From the NCBI GenBank assembly GCA_040383485.1, contig JBEIDK010000002.1, forward strand, positions 7,766 through 71,765: a stretch of 64,000 bases of DNA, read 5' to 3'. The position numbers were made by a program, and so were the translations under genes. Shown here piece after piece: positions 21,301 through 26,272 of the stretch. Each line of letters begins with the position of its first letter. The stretch's first letter is position 1. The stretch comes from Flavobacteriales bacterium (GTDB taxonomy: Bacteria > Bacteroidota > Bacteroidia > UBA4408). A model generated the notes under the pieces. That model worked only from the letters and a program-made list of their open reading frames with translations, ran no database searches and had not been told where the DNA came from.

Positions 21301-22673
21301 AAGGTAATGATAGAAGTACCTGGAGAAATTCCCGTTACTAAGCCCGAATTACTTACACTTGCAATACTAGGATTTGACGATTGCCATGCATTTGATGTGG
21401 CAGGTAAACTTCCAGATAATTGAGAAGTACCACCTATACAACTATTTAGATTTCCTGATATTGCTGAGGCATTATTTACTATAATTGTAACAATGTTAGA
21501 ATAAGCTATTGGGCAACCTGAATTTTGAACTGCAACTCTATAATAGGTGGTTTGTGTTAATCCACCTGACTGAAATGTTGAAGACGTGTTAGCAATTGAA
21601 GTCCACGGAGCTGATCCTGTTACTGATGATTCCCAATTTAAAATTGTTCCTCTATGTCCCGATAAAGTTAACAAACCACTTGAACTTCCAGCACAAATTG
21701 ATGCATTACCACTTAAAGTTCCAGCTAATGAAACTGGGTTCACGTTGATGTTAAAAGCGATAGAATTTCCAATACATCCTTGATAGGAAGGAGTAACAGT
21801 AATGGTTGAACTTATTGTATTATTTGTATTGTTAGTAGTAATAAATGAAGGAATTGGTGAAGATGTTCCAGATGAGGTACTCAATCCAATTGCTGAATTA
21901 TTTGTTCCACTCCAAGAAAAAGAAGTGCCAGTTCCTGAATTTGGTGAACTAGCTGTTAAACTAATGGAGCTTACTGTTCCACCAGCACAAGTTAAAATAT
22001 TAGGAATAGTATTGCTTACAGGCTTTGGATTTATCGTTATAGTATAATTTTTTGCAACACCTGCACAACCATTGATTGATGGAGTAATTGTAATATTACT
22101 AGTAATAGGCTCATTTGTACTATTTATACCAGTAAAGGTTGGGATGTTGCCAGTACCCGAACTAGAAAGTCCAATTGATGTATTTGAATTGGTCCAATTA
22201 AAAATCAAAACACCAGAAGTCGTTGGATTTGTTGGGGTTCCAGACAGCACTATTTGAGGAACAGTTGTGCCTTCACAATACGATACGTTAGAAAAAGCAT
22301 TTGAAATTGAAGGAGCAATGTAAGTAAACAAGATATTGGAGTCTATACCATCAACAAAAAATTTACCCGAACTTAAACCACAAGGAAGTGTAACATCGAT
22401 TTCAGTTGATGAGATATACTGAATGTTCGCTATTGGAATTGTTGCCGAACCCAATACTATAGTTGAAGTAGAAGTAAATCCACTACCTGATAATTTAACA
22501 ATTGTACCCGCATGACCTGATGTTGGATTCACTCCAGATATCGATACAGTTGACAAAGAATTATATTTACTACTTGTTTTTTTACTATTCTCGATAGTAC
22601 TTGCAAATGAAACATTTGAAAGCATAAATATTGAAACTAGCAAGAATAATCTGTTTATGTATAAATCTCTCAT
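3342..22673 (-). CDS. giant SprB-family cell-surface adhesin / gliding-motility-type protein with type-B T9SS C-terminal domain (~6,443 aa)
   Basis: Single uninterrupted ORF (track 3342..22715). The second in-frame ATG at 22673 gives a signal-like MRDLYINRLFLLVSIFMLSNVSFAS. The first ATG overlaps a minus-strand TAATTTTG box, so 22673 is preferred. Content: an IPT/TIG-like N-terminal segment, ~28 divergent ~92-aa modules, nine tandem 86-aa modules, SprB-type repeats (VSCSNVNDGAISVTIVGG...), a PKD domain (WDFGDN...HTYTTNGIYEITLTVYN) and a C-terminal FTPNNDGINDYF...IYDNWGNLVY motif. Confidence 0.9.
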   Translation of the reverse strand: MRDLYINRLFLLVSIFMLSNVSFASTIENSKKTSSKYNSLSTVSISGVNPTSGHAGTIVKLSGSGFTSTSTIVLGSATIPIANIQYISSTEIDVTLPCGLSSGKFFVDGIDSNILFTYIAPSISNAFSNVSYCEGTTVPQIVLSGTPTNPTTSGVLIFNWTNSNTSIGLSSSGTGNIPTFTGINSTNEPITSNITITPSINGCAGVAKNYTITINPKPVSNTIPNILTCAGGTVSSISLTASSPNSGTGTSFSWSGTNNSAIGLSTSSGTSSPIPSFITTNNTNNTISSTITVTPSYQGCIGNSIAFNINVNPVSLAGTLSGNASICAGSSSGLLTLSGHRGTILNWESSVTGSAPWTSIANTSSTFQSGGLTQTTYYRVAVQNSGCPIAYSNIVTIIVNNASAISGNLNSCIGGTSQLSGSLPATSNAWQSSNPSIASVSNSGLVTGISPGTSIITFTNANGCVTTANFVVHPQPIVITSNPTPVCNPNTVNLTLSAVTTGSDSNLTFSYFTNAGATTPLTSPNLVATSGTYYIKGTDGNGCSAVNSVAVLINSLPSITVTGNNSICLNQSTTLTASGANSYVWNGGIGSTPSVTVTPSNTTTYTVNGTDSNDCIGTGTYAVNVKALPVINAGTDKNICAGSNVTLSATGSGISSITWNNAITDSVAFQPATTTTYTATALGTNGCFNTDSVLVTVNALPAAPQLNVIQPNCSTSTGSIQFSGLPTTGSWSINPGSYNGTGATFSLNNQAAGNYSFTVKDSNQCVSSTSTAIINAAPTIPTAPTIGTITQPTCANPTGSVILNGLPTNCTITKTPGGETYSATGNSYTVTNLSAGTYTFSVSNGNCSSSASSNVVINAAPSTSAPIVGLIVQPTCAVATGSASLSGLPSGNWTLTRLPGNVNFTSSGSITTISGLPTGTYNYTVTDANGCISSNSTTVTINTQPATPVAPIANAQSFLVSDNATVANLQIVSSGTPNWYSSAIGGTAINSATLLSTGIYYATQTVNGCESNNRTAVTISVFPNSIGGAVSGSTTVCSGTNSTTLTLSGYTGNIIKWQRSTIADFSANVTDINNLNATYTATNISTPTYFRAVIQSGTAPVEYSSPAFIDVNSQSNGGTLSSSTSICKGETSGLLTVSGFNGTILRWEQSTDGGTNWTTIANTTNSYTSGPLTTTTQYRVIVKNGICSEAQSSVATITIKATPVVTDIPNQQVCFGATKTFGDAFIGGHSYSWTSDLGYSSTLPQVNILFNQVVTQNYIYTITNNITGCSVQDQFQVIVNPLPNPLVIPNTSICDGNNLLIGGNPTVGSTYSWNSTPVGFTSTSSNPSVNPVVTTTYTVEETVTATGCKKTNQVTITVQPEPVITIVGAPQFRVCETTTQIQLQSTITNHTPSSIVWSKVVGSGTFDFTNIANPKYSPSLADIAFGSVRLRLTVTGIGACSNSYSEELEIIIDKKPIANAGTDVITCGTDPIQINATGTLHASNLVWTLPTGITGSLDQSNPYIPEYTPSTGDQNYVGPIVITLTASSNTTCPSATDTVSVLITPAPKVDAGPPTVTICEGSNYIVPFNPTAAQNIVNSTILWSNGTGDGTIVGANSLTPTYIPGANDILNGSVTLTLSAAGNNPCSTPATDNIVINIVKNPIVNAGPDRLVCQSSINVNASIQNAGSILWTVQNGNGNFVDPTASSPIYIPSLSDLNTTVTFTVTVTPINNCGPTVSDSVLYTINATPSVVAGGNATICQSNSTYQLQATATNTTSITWTSTGSGSFDNIHNEDPIYTLSPNDINAGSVTFTITGTQAGCSNVTDTMVLTIQKNPTANAGAAQVICQGEMVVIPGNGTNSSGYNWIRNGGAGTFINTNTTNPTYMSQPTESGTIYLTLIANAIAPCTVSASSNTTITIIPNATADAGVDAQICEGGSYQITTATASNNIGVQWTTNGDGTFTGGSTISPTYTPGPSDNNNGSVTLTLVATKNFPCNANAVDEMTLTINKIPTITVINPNVDLCVGDPSYIVTGVVPSNYDTLTWTSSGSGTFAPNNRVIAPTYFPSASDYTLGTVTLTLTAARNPLNCNSSTSNTITLHFISPPTANAGPANATICEGTSYVTIGTNATNYSNVTWSTTGTGTFTNETTLTATYTPSAADYNLGFVDLTLMANPLTPCSAPATDVIRLFLQKLPVINLTANDAICITQNSYGIGGTTVTDYDTNSIVWTTSGTGTFSPSGNPLNPVYNPSNADMASGSVTLTLTVNSISPCVVPVSSSLVLSIQKLPVANAGFNITRCATPFQITDATANLTTVSNLVWSTSGTGTFDFTNIIDPIYTPSAADILSANPIRLTLTANPIAPCAVPLVSFIDVTLIKTPSITVVTPQPTICEDETNVLVNGTVVQNAASFIWTSTTGTGTTISNATSLTPIVTPSLTDINNNYIDLTLTAIPNAPCSTNVSKTVRIPIQKKPSVSAGATQTICEGSVITTTDALSSNVTNLTWNNNGGDGTFTASELNTITEYTPGPLEIASGRVLLTLSADAIAPCAGSVSSTVEHLITKNPVITVNPSQVTICETETYQVPLSQITVTNPTSIASIQWTTTNPSSLTGSTTFTPTYTPSAADITAGFANLVLTVTPIAPCATPIVNTIRVNITKKATIDATQTNYTFCENTPKQLNAIFNHHNPSTISWAIVSGSGTLSGINTATPIFTPDTSSNTVIIEVSVNSNAPCTEVTTQQFTLDVIKKPIVTFANTTDIICNTQTSYALNATTIAATVTNTTTNTTYLWTTTGTGTFASNTALVTTYNFSAADLLLNTITLRLTAQSDALCAMTDFEEIVITIKPAPIVTTTPNETICEGTVFTATATATNENSVLWTTSGTSNGTFTNENAETAHYTPGSNDINGFTLLFTAFGDPVCSVATATKTVTIQKRPILDAGVENRNNCSSEPFQITGVTGQNNGTITWTSNSSSGVNSGTFSNTSILNPIYNPSAAEIAAGTPIILTVTSQSIAPCTGTVTDFVILNLTPTQVVNAGLNQTICENETVSLNGSASNSVSYNWTTSGTGTFSNINSLTTNYIPSSADILNGTVTLTLEATSNTTCPPETDSVVITIRKNPTANAGIAATICEGSNYTLANGEATASNYTTITWTATGPGALDVTTINTLTPTYIPASGQTGTVTLTLTATGYTECAQDAVSVKTITIVPEPFVTVTSSKTICEGSTLTITNTDASATNYSSLQWSASNGLGTFTPNNTTATTYTPATGQTGNVTLSLTAASANGVCPSSVGNIQLNIIPKPIVEAGNNGTICQTGTYTITGASVQHSNLFSWSVAGPATIQAGTETTLNPVIVPTAGATGTVTVTLTATGLGICPVTVTDNLTIQINPRPIVTAGVDGLLCEGIGSFQLNGTVTNATNYSWTTTGGGTIQLTANPLAPLYIPSVSDFNTSTGVNVITITLNATTTNGCSSATDSMQLTLYAKPKISAGIDLVACENNTSVLLNGASVSNYNSGYTISWTSSGNGTFDYTGSNGGINPVYIFGSNDTSSVTLTMSALPNANCPQVAVTDSMTITINQNPAITTTSNLISMCGETFTMPDLVTVSNSNNLLWTNITGVSGTPGTLTNATSETPTFTPSVNEIANGFVLLQLTATPISGCSLPATTTIRVNLQPKAKINLVPNVGTNITACQGQVIRINNIASVEDYSTFLWTENGTGSIVPSTLNTLNPEYTPGLNETGVVTFTLQATNLAPCTGLVSQIVTVTIAPQPTVNAGPDVTICQNTPLALNTATTTNSNSIVWLSSENSNGTSSPGYTGGSFSNINIINPTYTPSQDDINLGYVYLTVRAANTSCNSLVTDVIKVTITPQITVAAGSNATICEGSTFTLAEASHTNAVGYTWTSSQNSNGTSIPTYISGSFSSNSILNPVYTPSLDDINLGHVYLTITATGGTNCPTATSQMKLTIVKKPTVSTTDVQMCMNTTQISLNGNATNYQSLNWSIYSGPGSISPNPLNPLNPTFISGISGLNTVQTTVVRLYVAPIPGCAQATAVYDDLIITIQPLPSVEAGSNGAVCYVPGQPIVPFAITGTTVTNASSQSWTSSGVGVFNTGTPVTYQSFSTVCNTETLTLTANGIGACSTSSVSDNINLTINCAVPSLGTITSNAPATVCQGTTATYTIPVNTSIQTYTWSVPTGATILSGQGTNAISVLFGANSGNVSVTGNNGCGSTIANTPITVNTLPTGVSITGPQTVCAGATNLIYTASPIPNATTYVWTLPNGSTVITSTNTITIAIGVNETSGNLSVAGSNSCGLGSSSSAFPITINPKPVLSSTLNPAALCSGTVFNYIPTTATIGSTFSWTRAVQPGISNVAASGTGSISETLINSTNSDLIVSYQITITTPQGCTNSQFISFTLHPAPSLTSNPTPNAICTGSTFNYIPSSSTTGAILWQRNAISGILEAANNGTGSINEVLTNTTNSPITVTYLLTLPATINGCSNATQITVQVVVNPNNTVSSASSTPILCINSALTQITHTTTGATGIGIATGLPTGVTASWLANTITINGTPTVSGTFNYSIPLIGGCNTLFATGTIIVNPSNTVTPSSGPQTLCINSPLTAITHTTTGATGIGTATGLPLGVTASWLANTIAISGVPTESGTFNYNIPLTGGCGGAATGTITVIPSNTVTPALSTPTLCINTPLTPIIHTTTGATGIGTAIGLPTGVTASWASNTITISGAPTVSGTFNYTIPLTGGCGTVNATGSIIVNPDNTVTSTASNQTVCINSPLTPITHNTTGATGIGAVSGLPSGLTATWAGNIITISGTPTAAGVFNYSIPLTGGCNSVFATGTITVNPNNTVTIIPLPQTLCINTALTPITYTTTGATGIGLATGLPTGVTASWSANTITITGAPTAIGTFNYSIPLLGGCSTINATGTIIVNPNNTVSSASSSEILCVNTILTPITHTTTGATGIGTATGLPTGVTASWLSNTITISGAPTVSGIFNYTIPLTGGCNTLFATGSIVVNPSNTVTPSSGPQTLCINSPLTAITHTTTGATGIGTATGLPLGVTASWLANTITISGVPTESGTFNYNIPLTGGCGSAATGTITVIPSHTVTPALSTPTLCINTPLTPITHNTTGATGIGTATGLPTGITSSWASNTITISGAPTASGTFNYSIPLTGGCGTVNATGSIIVNPNNTVTSTASNQTVCINSPLTPITHNTTGATGIGAVSGLPSGVTAAWAGNIITISGTPTAAGIFNYSIPLTGGCNTVFATGTITVNTVPIVTITNPAPACLPATVDITATTAGSTPGLSYTYWNNSAATIALVNPSTVSISGTYYIKGTNSFGCSTISPVVVNINASPTATITGQNSFIVCQNGAQPQITFTASNGTAPYTFTYQVMSNSSAGPIQTITTLGTSNSSTISFPTTVSGNHTITLLSVQDSSAALCNTTNISLPNTAFITVQQVGTIVPTNQALVSQTVCQNTPITPIVFTIGGASTNAFVTNLPAGLSGSYVSGTFTISGTPLVTGVYNYIVNTSGSTNGCNSTFSGTITVNSNDSIIALVPATINQSVCNNVNIQPIIYNLGGGATGGIVRFSPSQPPGITWSIVNNVITISGASNTIGSFTYTVESFGICGQSSASGNIAINPSATITLVSGNPNTTVCLGSSFALPIQYSISPASATMVVTGLPNGVTFNPTTGIISGTPTQSGTFPYSISSTTACGNTLTGIITVNPLQSIAYLSGNTNQVACQNTPIDPINFLVSGGVNTITVTPTLPAGITYNIVNGILTVSGTPTSPTSLAQNYTITTQGTCGPSAIYSITFDIRPEASITLTTGSGSINQSVCQSSAIIPISFTIGGGATGIITPTLPNGLTLNFNAGTGVYTIQGNPLVNGVFNFPITTTGCPKTIFVTISNVNTAVGIVLTSAAGTDNQTLCQPSFNTPIQPITYNVIGATNIVSSGLPPGVTAVFSATTGQLIISGTPLVSGVYNYTVTSEPCSIVKAGVIRVSTPISITNEVITNVSCSNVNDGAISVTIVGGVSVNGLYAIRWTGPNGFQQNQTTITGLVAGTYTLTGTDAIGCPIPTVSYTVLPAQPIIISLQSSTNVSCNGVLGCANFNITGGSGIYTDFTLQYLDPSLQTLVTLPPPANNNYFNICNLRAGVYYLTVEDSNGCSTIPYLFTIYDYSALSIENITMDDDLCEDNPGKIRINVNSLDPNLTFYYNDVLVPFVDLGNNMYELSINNPTTPFGIVKVRNSQNCWREIRVSTAIITPDFEFTSNDFENYGYYSVNESIQLTHLVDMSAIPAEYDYIVWDFGDNTPFKVFYNPEDLLPDSNGENFETVFHTYTTNGIYEITLTVYNRFGCSRKISKTIVIGSGATMMLPTIFTPNNDGINDYFRPSLLGIKDVAMQIYDNWGNLVYEIESEVALLGPDWGWNGIEKGQSEPMNNNYRYYIIATAINDVKIEKEGRFLLVK
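3345..3640 (-). other. coding segment for the type-B T9SS / gliding-motility-associated C-terminal domain
   Basis: Last ~98 aa: MMLPTIFTPNNDGINDYFRP...QIYDNWGNLVYE...WGWNG...YRYYI...GRFLLVK. This is the signature of the CHU_C / TIGR04131-type CTD. Confidence 0.8.
6930..9250 (-). repeat. nine tandem 258-nt (86-aa) coding repeats with a 1,287-nt higher-order period
   Basis: Protein units follow NPxNTVT...LCIN..LTPITHTTTGATGIG.ATGLPTGVTASW..NTITISG.PT.SGTFNY.IPLTGGC. Units 1-4 pair with units 6-9. The antisense ORFs at 7540 and 8827 are almost identical and lie 1,287 nt apart. Confidence 0.85.
10850..18550 (-). repeat. super-array of ~28 divergent ~92-aa modules (protein-level repeat)
   Basis: Recurrent signature ...ICEG..Y.L....WT(T/S)SGTGTF....L.P.YTPS..D...G.V.LTLTA....C......I.I...P...AG. 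The first copy (KYSPSLADIAFGSVRLRLTVT) is encoded near 18.4 kb and the last (VYTPSLDDINLGHVYLTITAT) near 10.95 kb. Confidence 0.7.
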
Positions 22674-22712
22674 AATTAGGATTCTATGTTTTTTTGGGGT
22701 AAAAGTAATTAA

Positions 22713-22720
22713 CAAAATTA
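22713..22720 (-). promoter_or_regulatory. candidate -7 box TAATTTTG for the giant adhesin gene
   Basis: The plus strand reads caaaatta, which is TAATTTTG on the minus strand. It lies ~40 nt upstream of the ATG at 22673 and overlaps the alternative ATG at 22715. Confidence 0.4.
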
Positions 22721-22761
22721 CAAAAAATATGTTAATAACTTTATGTTAAACAGATAATTTT

Positions 22762-22769
22762 TAATTTTG
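22762..22769 (+). promoter_or_regulatory. candidate -7 box TAATTTTG for the thioredoxin-fold gene
   Basis: TAnnTTTG match ~100 nt upstream of the ATG at 22873, in the divergent intergenic region. Confidence 0.3.
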
Positions 22770-22872
22770 TAGCACTATGTTAAAATAGAATTTGAAATAA
22801 TATTTTTGAATTTTATTTATTTACATTTGAAAAGTAATTAAATTTTTTTATTGTTAAAACATTAATTATTTT

Positions 22873-24378
22873 ATGAAAAAATTATTTTTAGGTATATTAA
22901 TTTATATTGTATTTACAAATGTTGCGCATTCTCAATCGGGCTATGAAATTATTGTTAATTTAAAGAATAGCAATGATACAATAGCTTATCTAACCTATTA
23001 CCAGTTTGATAAAACCTATATAAAAGATACTTGTTTAGTTGCAAAAAAGGGTCAATTTATTTTTAAAGGAAAAACCAAATTAGATACGGGAATTTATACT
23101 ATTGTAAGTCAACAAAAAACAATTTATTTCGATTTTTTTGTGGATGAACAAAATCAGTTTTTGGAATTTAAAAATGACGTATCACCTGATAATATTCAAA
23201 CCCTTGAAGTAGTTAATTCAAGTACACAAACCACCTTTGTTGATTACTTAAAATTTGTAAGTAAGCAAAATAGTAATTTTCTTAGTTTTAAGAATAGTTT
23301 GACACTTAAGACCAAAGAAGATACCCTTCGACTTGTAGAAAAACAGAAAGATATTGAGCAAGAAATAAGTAAGTATGAAAACGATTTTTATGAAAAAAAT
23401 AAATCCAACTTTATAGGTGATGTAATTAATTTAAAAATTGAAAAGACACTTAAAGATATTCCAATTGCCTCAAACGGAAGACCAGATAGTATAAGGGTAT
23501 ATAATCACTATAAAAAGCACTATTGGGACAATGTGAATTTTAGATCAAATGCCACAATGCGTAATCCTTTCTTTTATAACAAACTGAAAAAATATTTTGA
23601 ATCGGTCGTGGTCCAAAATCCAGATTCATTAATTGTTGAAGTTGATCGAATTTTAGCAAAAACCAATAAAGGAACTGATATAAAAAAAATAGTTCTAGCA
23701 CATTTTATAAATTCTTTTGAAACTTCAAAAGTTATGGGATTTGATAAAGTATTTGTTCATCTCTCCGATAATTATATAAAAAATGGTGAAGGAGTTGGAA
23801 TTTATAAAGATGAATCAGTAATTAATGCGATCACTAAAAGAGCTGATTTGTTAAAACCTTTATTACTAGAATCTATTGCTCCAGAACTGTATTTAATCAA
23901 AGCTGATGATTATTCAAAAATTAATCAAATGGGTTTTAATACGATAAAAGATAGTGAAGATGTTACAAAGAAGTATTATGCAAATGTTGATGAAATAGGT
24001 AAAATGTTTGTTACGCTTTCTTCCATTACTGCTGATTATATAATATTGGTTTTTTGGGATGTAGATTGTAGTCATTGTCAAACAGAAATACCAAAATTAT
24101 TAGAAGTTTATAATGATTTAAAGAAAGCAAATAAAAGCATAAAAGTTGTTTCGGTATATACGATGCATGATGGGGAAAAATTTTTAAAGTATATTTTAGA
24201 TAAAGGATTAACGGATTGGATAAATGTGTATGATGGAGTTTATATTAATAACCTAGTTAATAAATATGATATTTATTCTACTCCAGTTATATATATTCTT
24301 GATAAAAACAAGAAAATAAAAGCAAAAAGGTTAGGAGTAGATCAAATTAAAAAATTTATTTTTTCTATAAATCAGTAA
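22873..24378 (+). CDS. secreted TlpA/AhpC-like thioredoxin-fold protein with long N-terminal domain
   Basis: 501 aa with a signal peptide (MKKLFLGILIYIVFTNVAHSQ). The C-terminal thioredoxin fold carries a CxxC motif (FWDVDCSHCQTEIPKL...YSTPVIYILD). Confidence 0.7.
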   Translation: MKKLFLGILIYIVFTNVAHSQSGYEIIVNLKNSNDTIAYLTYYQFDKTYIKDTCLVAKKGQFIFKGKTKLDTGIYTIVSQQKTIYFDFFVDEQNQFLEFKNDVSPDNIQTLEVVNSSTQTTFVDYLKFVSKQNSNFLSFKNSLTLKTKEDTLRLVEKQKDIEQEISKYENDFYEKNKSNFIGDVINLKIEKTLKDIPIASNGRPDSIRVYNHYKKHYWDNVNFRSNATMRNPFFYNKLKKYFESVVVQNPDSLIVEVDRILAKTNKGTDIKKIVLAHFINSFETSKVMGFDKVFVHLSDNYIKNGEGVGIYKDESVINAITKRADLLKPLLLESIAPELYLIKADDYSKINQMGFNTIKDSEDVTKKYYANVDEIGKMFVTLSSITADYIILVFWDVDCSHCQTEIPKLLEVYNDLKKANKSIKVVSVYTMHDGEKFLKYILDKGLTDWINVYDGVYINNLVNKYDIYSTPVIYILDKNKKIKAKRLGVDQIKKFIFSINQ

Positions 24379-24405
24379 AAAAAAATGGTAATTAAATATT
24401 TTTAT

Positions 24406-24413
24406 TAAATTTG
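24406..24413 (+). promoter_or_regulatory. candidate -7 box TAAATTTG
   Basis: TAnnTTTG match 30 nt upstream of the ATG at 24444. Confidence 0.35.
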
Positions 24414-24443
24414 TTTTAATTAATTACAAAAAATTTACAAATT

Positions 24444-25007
24444 ATGAAAAAAGTAGTAATCTTAGCATTGTTAATGGTGTCAGCATTTTCTTTTGCTCAA
24501 GAAACAAAAAAAGAATCTAAATGGGTTATTGGTGCTGGGTTAAACTTCATTGACAATACGAGTTCAGGAGAGAATGAATATCTTAATTTTTCCAATTGGA
24601 ATGCTACTCTAGGTTTTTCTAGATTATCAGTTCAGTACTATTACAATACCAATTTATCGTTCTCTTCAGAATTTACAATGAATAGATTAGACAAAGATGT
24701 AAAGCAAAATGGTCAATCAATTGATACGAATTTATCGTACTTTGGATTTGATTTAAATGCTCGATACAATGTAGCTGGATTAATGAAATTACCAAGTAAA
24801 TTTATGGTTGAGCCAATTGTTGGTGTTGGTAATGCTTGGACTAGTGGGAATTCAAATCAAAGTTTAAATACTGGACTTTCTTTAGGTTATCAATTTAGCG
24901 AATCATATGGTGTTAGAGTTCAAACTCTTGGCAAATTTGCTACTGAACAAAATACTGTTGGGAATAATTTGATTCAACATTCGTTAGAGCTATATTTTAA
25001 ACTATAA
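24444..25007 (+). CDS. small outer-membrane beta-barrel protein (OmpA-N / OMP_b-brl-like)
   Basis: 187 aa with a signal peptide (MKKVVILALLMVSAFSFAQ). Alternating hydrophobic strands and an aromatic C-terminus (LELYFKL). Confidence 0.55.
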   Translation: MKKVVILALLMVSAFSFAQETKKESKWVIGAGLNFIDNTSSGENEYLNFSNWNATLGFSRLSVQYYYNTNLSFSSEFTMNRLDKDVKQNGQSIDTNLSYFGFDLNARYNVAGLMKLPSKFMVEPIVGVGNAWTSGNSNQSLNTGLSLGYQFSESYGVRVQTLGKFATEQNTVGNNLIQHSLELYFKL

Positions 25008-25030
25008 TTTAGCCTATATAGAAATAATTT

Positions 25031-25063
25031 AACCTCATTAAGTATATTTTTTGAGGTTTTTTT
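25031..25063 (+). terminator. rho-independent terminator
   Basis: AACCTCA (25031-37) pairs with TGAGGTT (25052-58) and is followed by a T-run. It lies 24 nt after the stop codon. Confidence 0.55.
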
Positions 25064-25232
25064 ATGCAATTTTTCCCCGTTTTTTTTTAAATCACACCCT
25101 AATTTTTTTAGTTATTTATCAAATTAAATAATTGAAATACAATATTTTATAATTAATTTTGGTATTTAAAATACCACTAATTCGGTAAATAGGATTGATT
25201 ATTTTGTAATTTAGCGCTCTTAAAAAATAAAT

Positions 25233-26141
25233 ATGAGCCTAATAGTATTGACAGGAACCACAGGTTATATTGGTCAAAACCTTACTAAATTATATAACGA
25301 TAAATCAAAAAAAAATAAATCCATCTCGTTACGTTTTCAAAATTGGTACAAAATGATGCCACAAGAAACGGATACGATAATTCATTTAGCGGCTATTAAT
25401 TATAATCCACAGAATAGTGCTTTTGATGAAGAATATTTTAGAGTAAATACAGAACTTACAATAAAATTATTTCGATACTTTTTGAGTTCAAATGCAAAGA
25501 CATTTATCTTTTTAAGTACAACTGAGTTAGTGGATAAAAGTTTGGAACGGGTTACAGAAGCTTCAACGGTTAATCCAATGAATCCATTTCTTCAATCTAA
25601 ATATGAGGCAGAACAATTCATATTAAAGCAAAACTTACCGGAAGGAAAACGAGCCATCATTCTTAGAGTAGCTCCTTTGTATGGAAGAGAAATTAAAAGT
25701 AAATTACATAATACGTTTAGTTATTGTAAAAAATTTCCATGGTTTTATGGCACATTAAATGCCAAGCACTCGTTTTGTTATATTGATAACTTGACAGAAA
25801 TTATCTACCAAATTACCGAAAATCAAACCGTAGCATCTGGAGTCTATAATGTAGCAGATGACGATGCTATTGGCTCTATTCAATTTGTAAATTGGATGTC
25901 AGAAGTTATAGAGAAAAAGACAATCATTTATAAAGTTCCAAAAGGACTTTTAAATTTTGTCGCTAAATTAGGTGACGTATTCAAATGGGAATTTAATACT
26001 AAAAAATTATTTGATAAATCACATTCAAGAATCGTGAACTGCGACAAGTTAAAAAGTGAACTTAACTTGTCAACAATGCCATTGGATACTGAACTAGCCG
26101 TTTTGAGAACCATAGAATATTATAATTCCATTAAGATATAG
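25233..26141 (+). CDS. NAD-dependent epimerase/dehydratase-family (extended SDR) protein
   Basis: 302 aa with an N-terminal Rossmann motif (VLTGTTGYIGQNL) and an extended-SDR layout. By eye the usual YxxxK appears as FLQSK, so catalytic status is uncertain. Confidence 0.6.
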   Translation: MSLIVLTGTTGYIGQNLTKLYNDKSKKNKSISLRFQNWYKMMPQETDTIIHLAAINYNPQNSAFDEEYFRVNTELTIKLFRYFLSSNAKTFIFLSTTELVDKSLERVTEASTVNPMNPFLQSKYEAEQFILKQNLPEGKRAIILRVAPLYGREIKSKLHNTFSYCKKFPWFYGTLNAKHSFCYIDNLTEIIYQITENQTVASGVYNVADDDAIGSIQFVNWMSEVIEKKTIIYKVPKGLLNFVAKLGDVFKWEFNTKKLFDKSHSRIVNCDKLKSELNLSTMPLDTELAVLRTIEYYNSIKI

Positions 26142-26212
26142 TTGTTATAATCATTTATCTACAATTGATTTATATTAATTTCTAATTTATAGGTCAACAT
26201 AAAATATTATGT

Positions 26213-26220
26213 TAAATTTG
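26213..26220 (+). promoter_or_regulatory. candidate -7 box TAAATTTG upstream of ugd
   Basis: TAnnTTTG match ~50 nt upstream of the ATG at 26273. Confidence 0.35.
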
Positions 26221-26272
26221 TCGTCTTAAATTAATAAGATAGTTCAGTAAGATAATATACAAATCGATCACA

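Noticed and set aside
5527-22257. About 25 plus-strand ORFs of 60-123 aa inside the giant adhesin gene (e.g. 7540..7758, 7798..8016, 8827..9045, 11695..12024, 15037..15408).
   Set aside because: All lie antisense to one continuous 19-kb ORF that has clear domain content. Its T/S/G/N/V-rich codon usage makes the opposite strand poor in stops. Several are simply mirror images of the tandem repeats: the ORFs at 7540 and 8827 are nearly identical because the sense repeats are.
25233-26141. The SDR epimerase-like protein appears to have Phe in place of the catalytic Tyr (NPFLQSK instead of PYxxSK), suggesting an inactive enzyme.
   Set aside because: The alignment was done by eye without a profile. 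A Tyr immediately follows the Lys (SKYEAE) and the register could differ. This is not strong enough to report as a finding.
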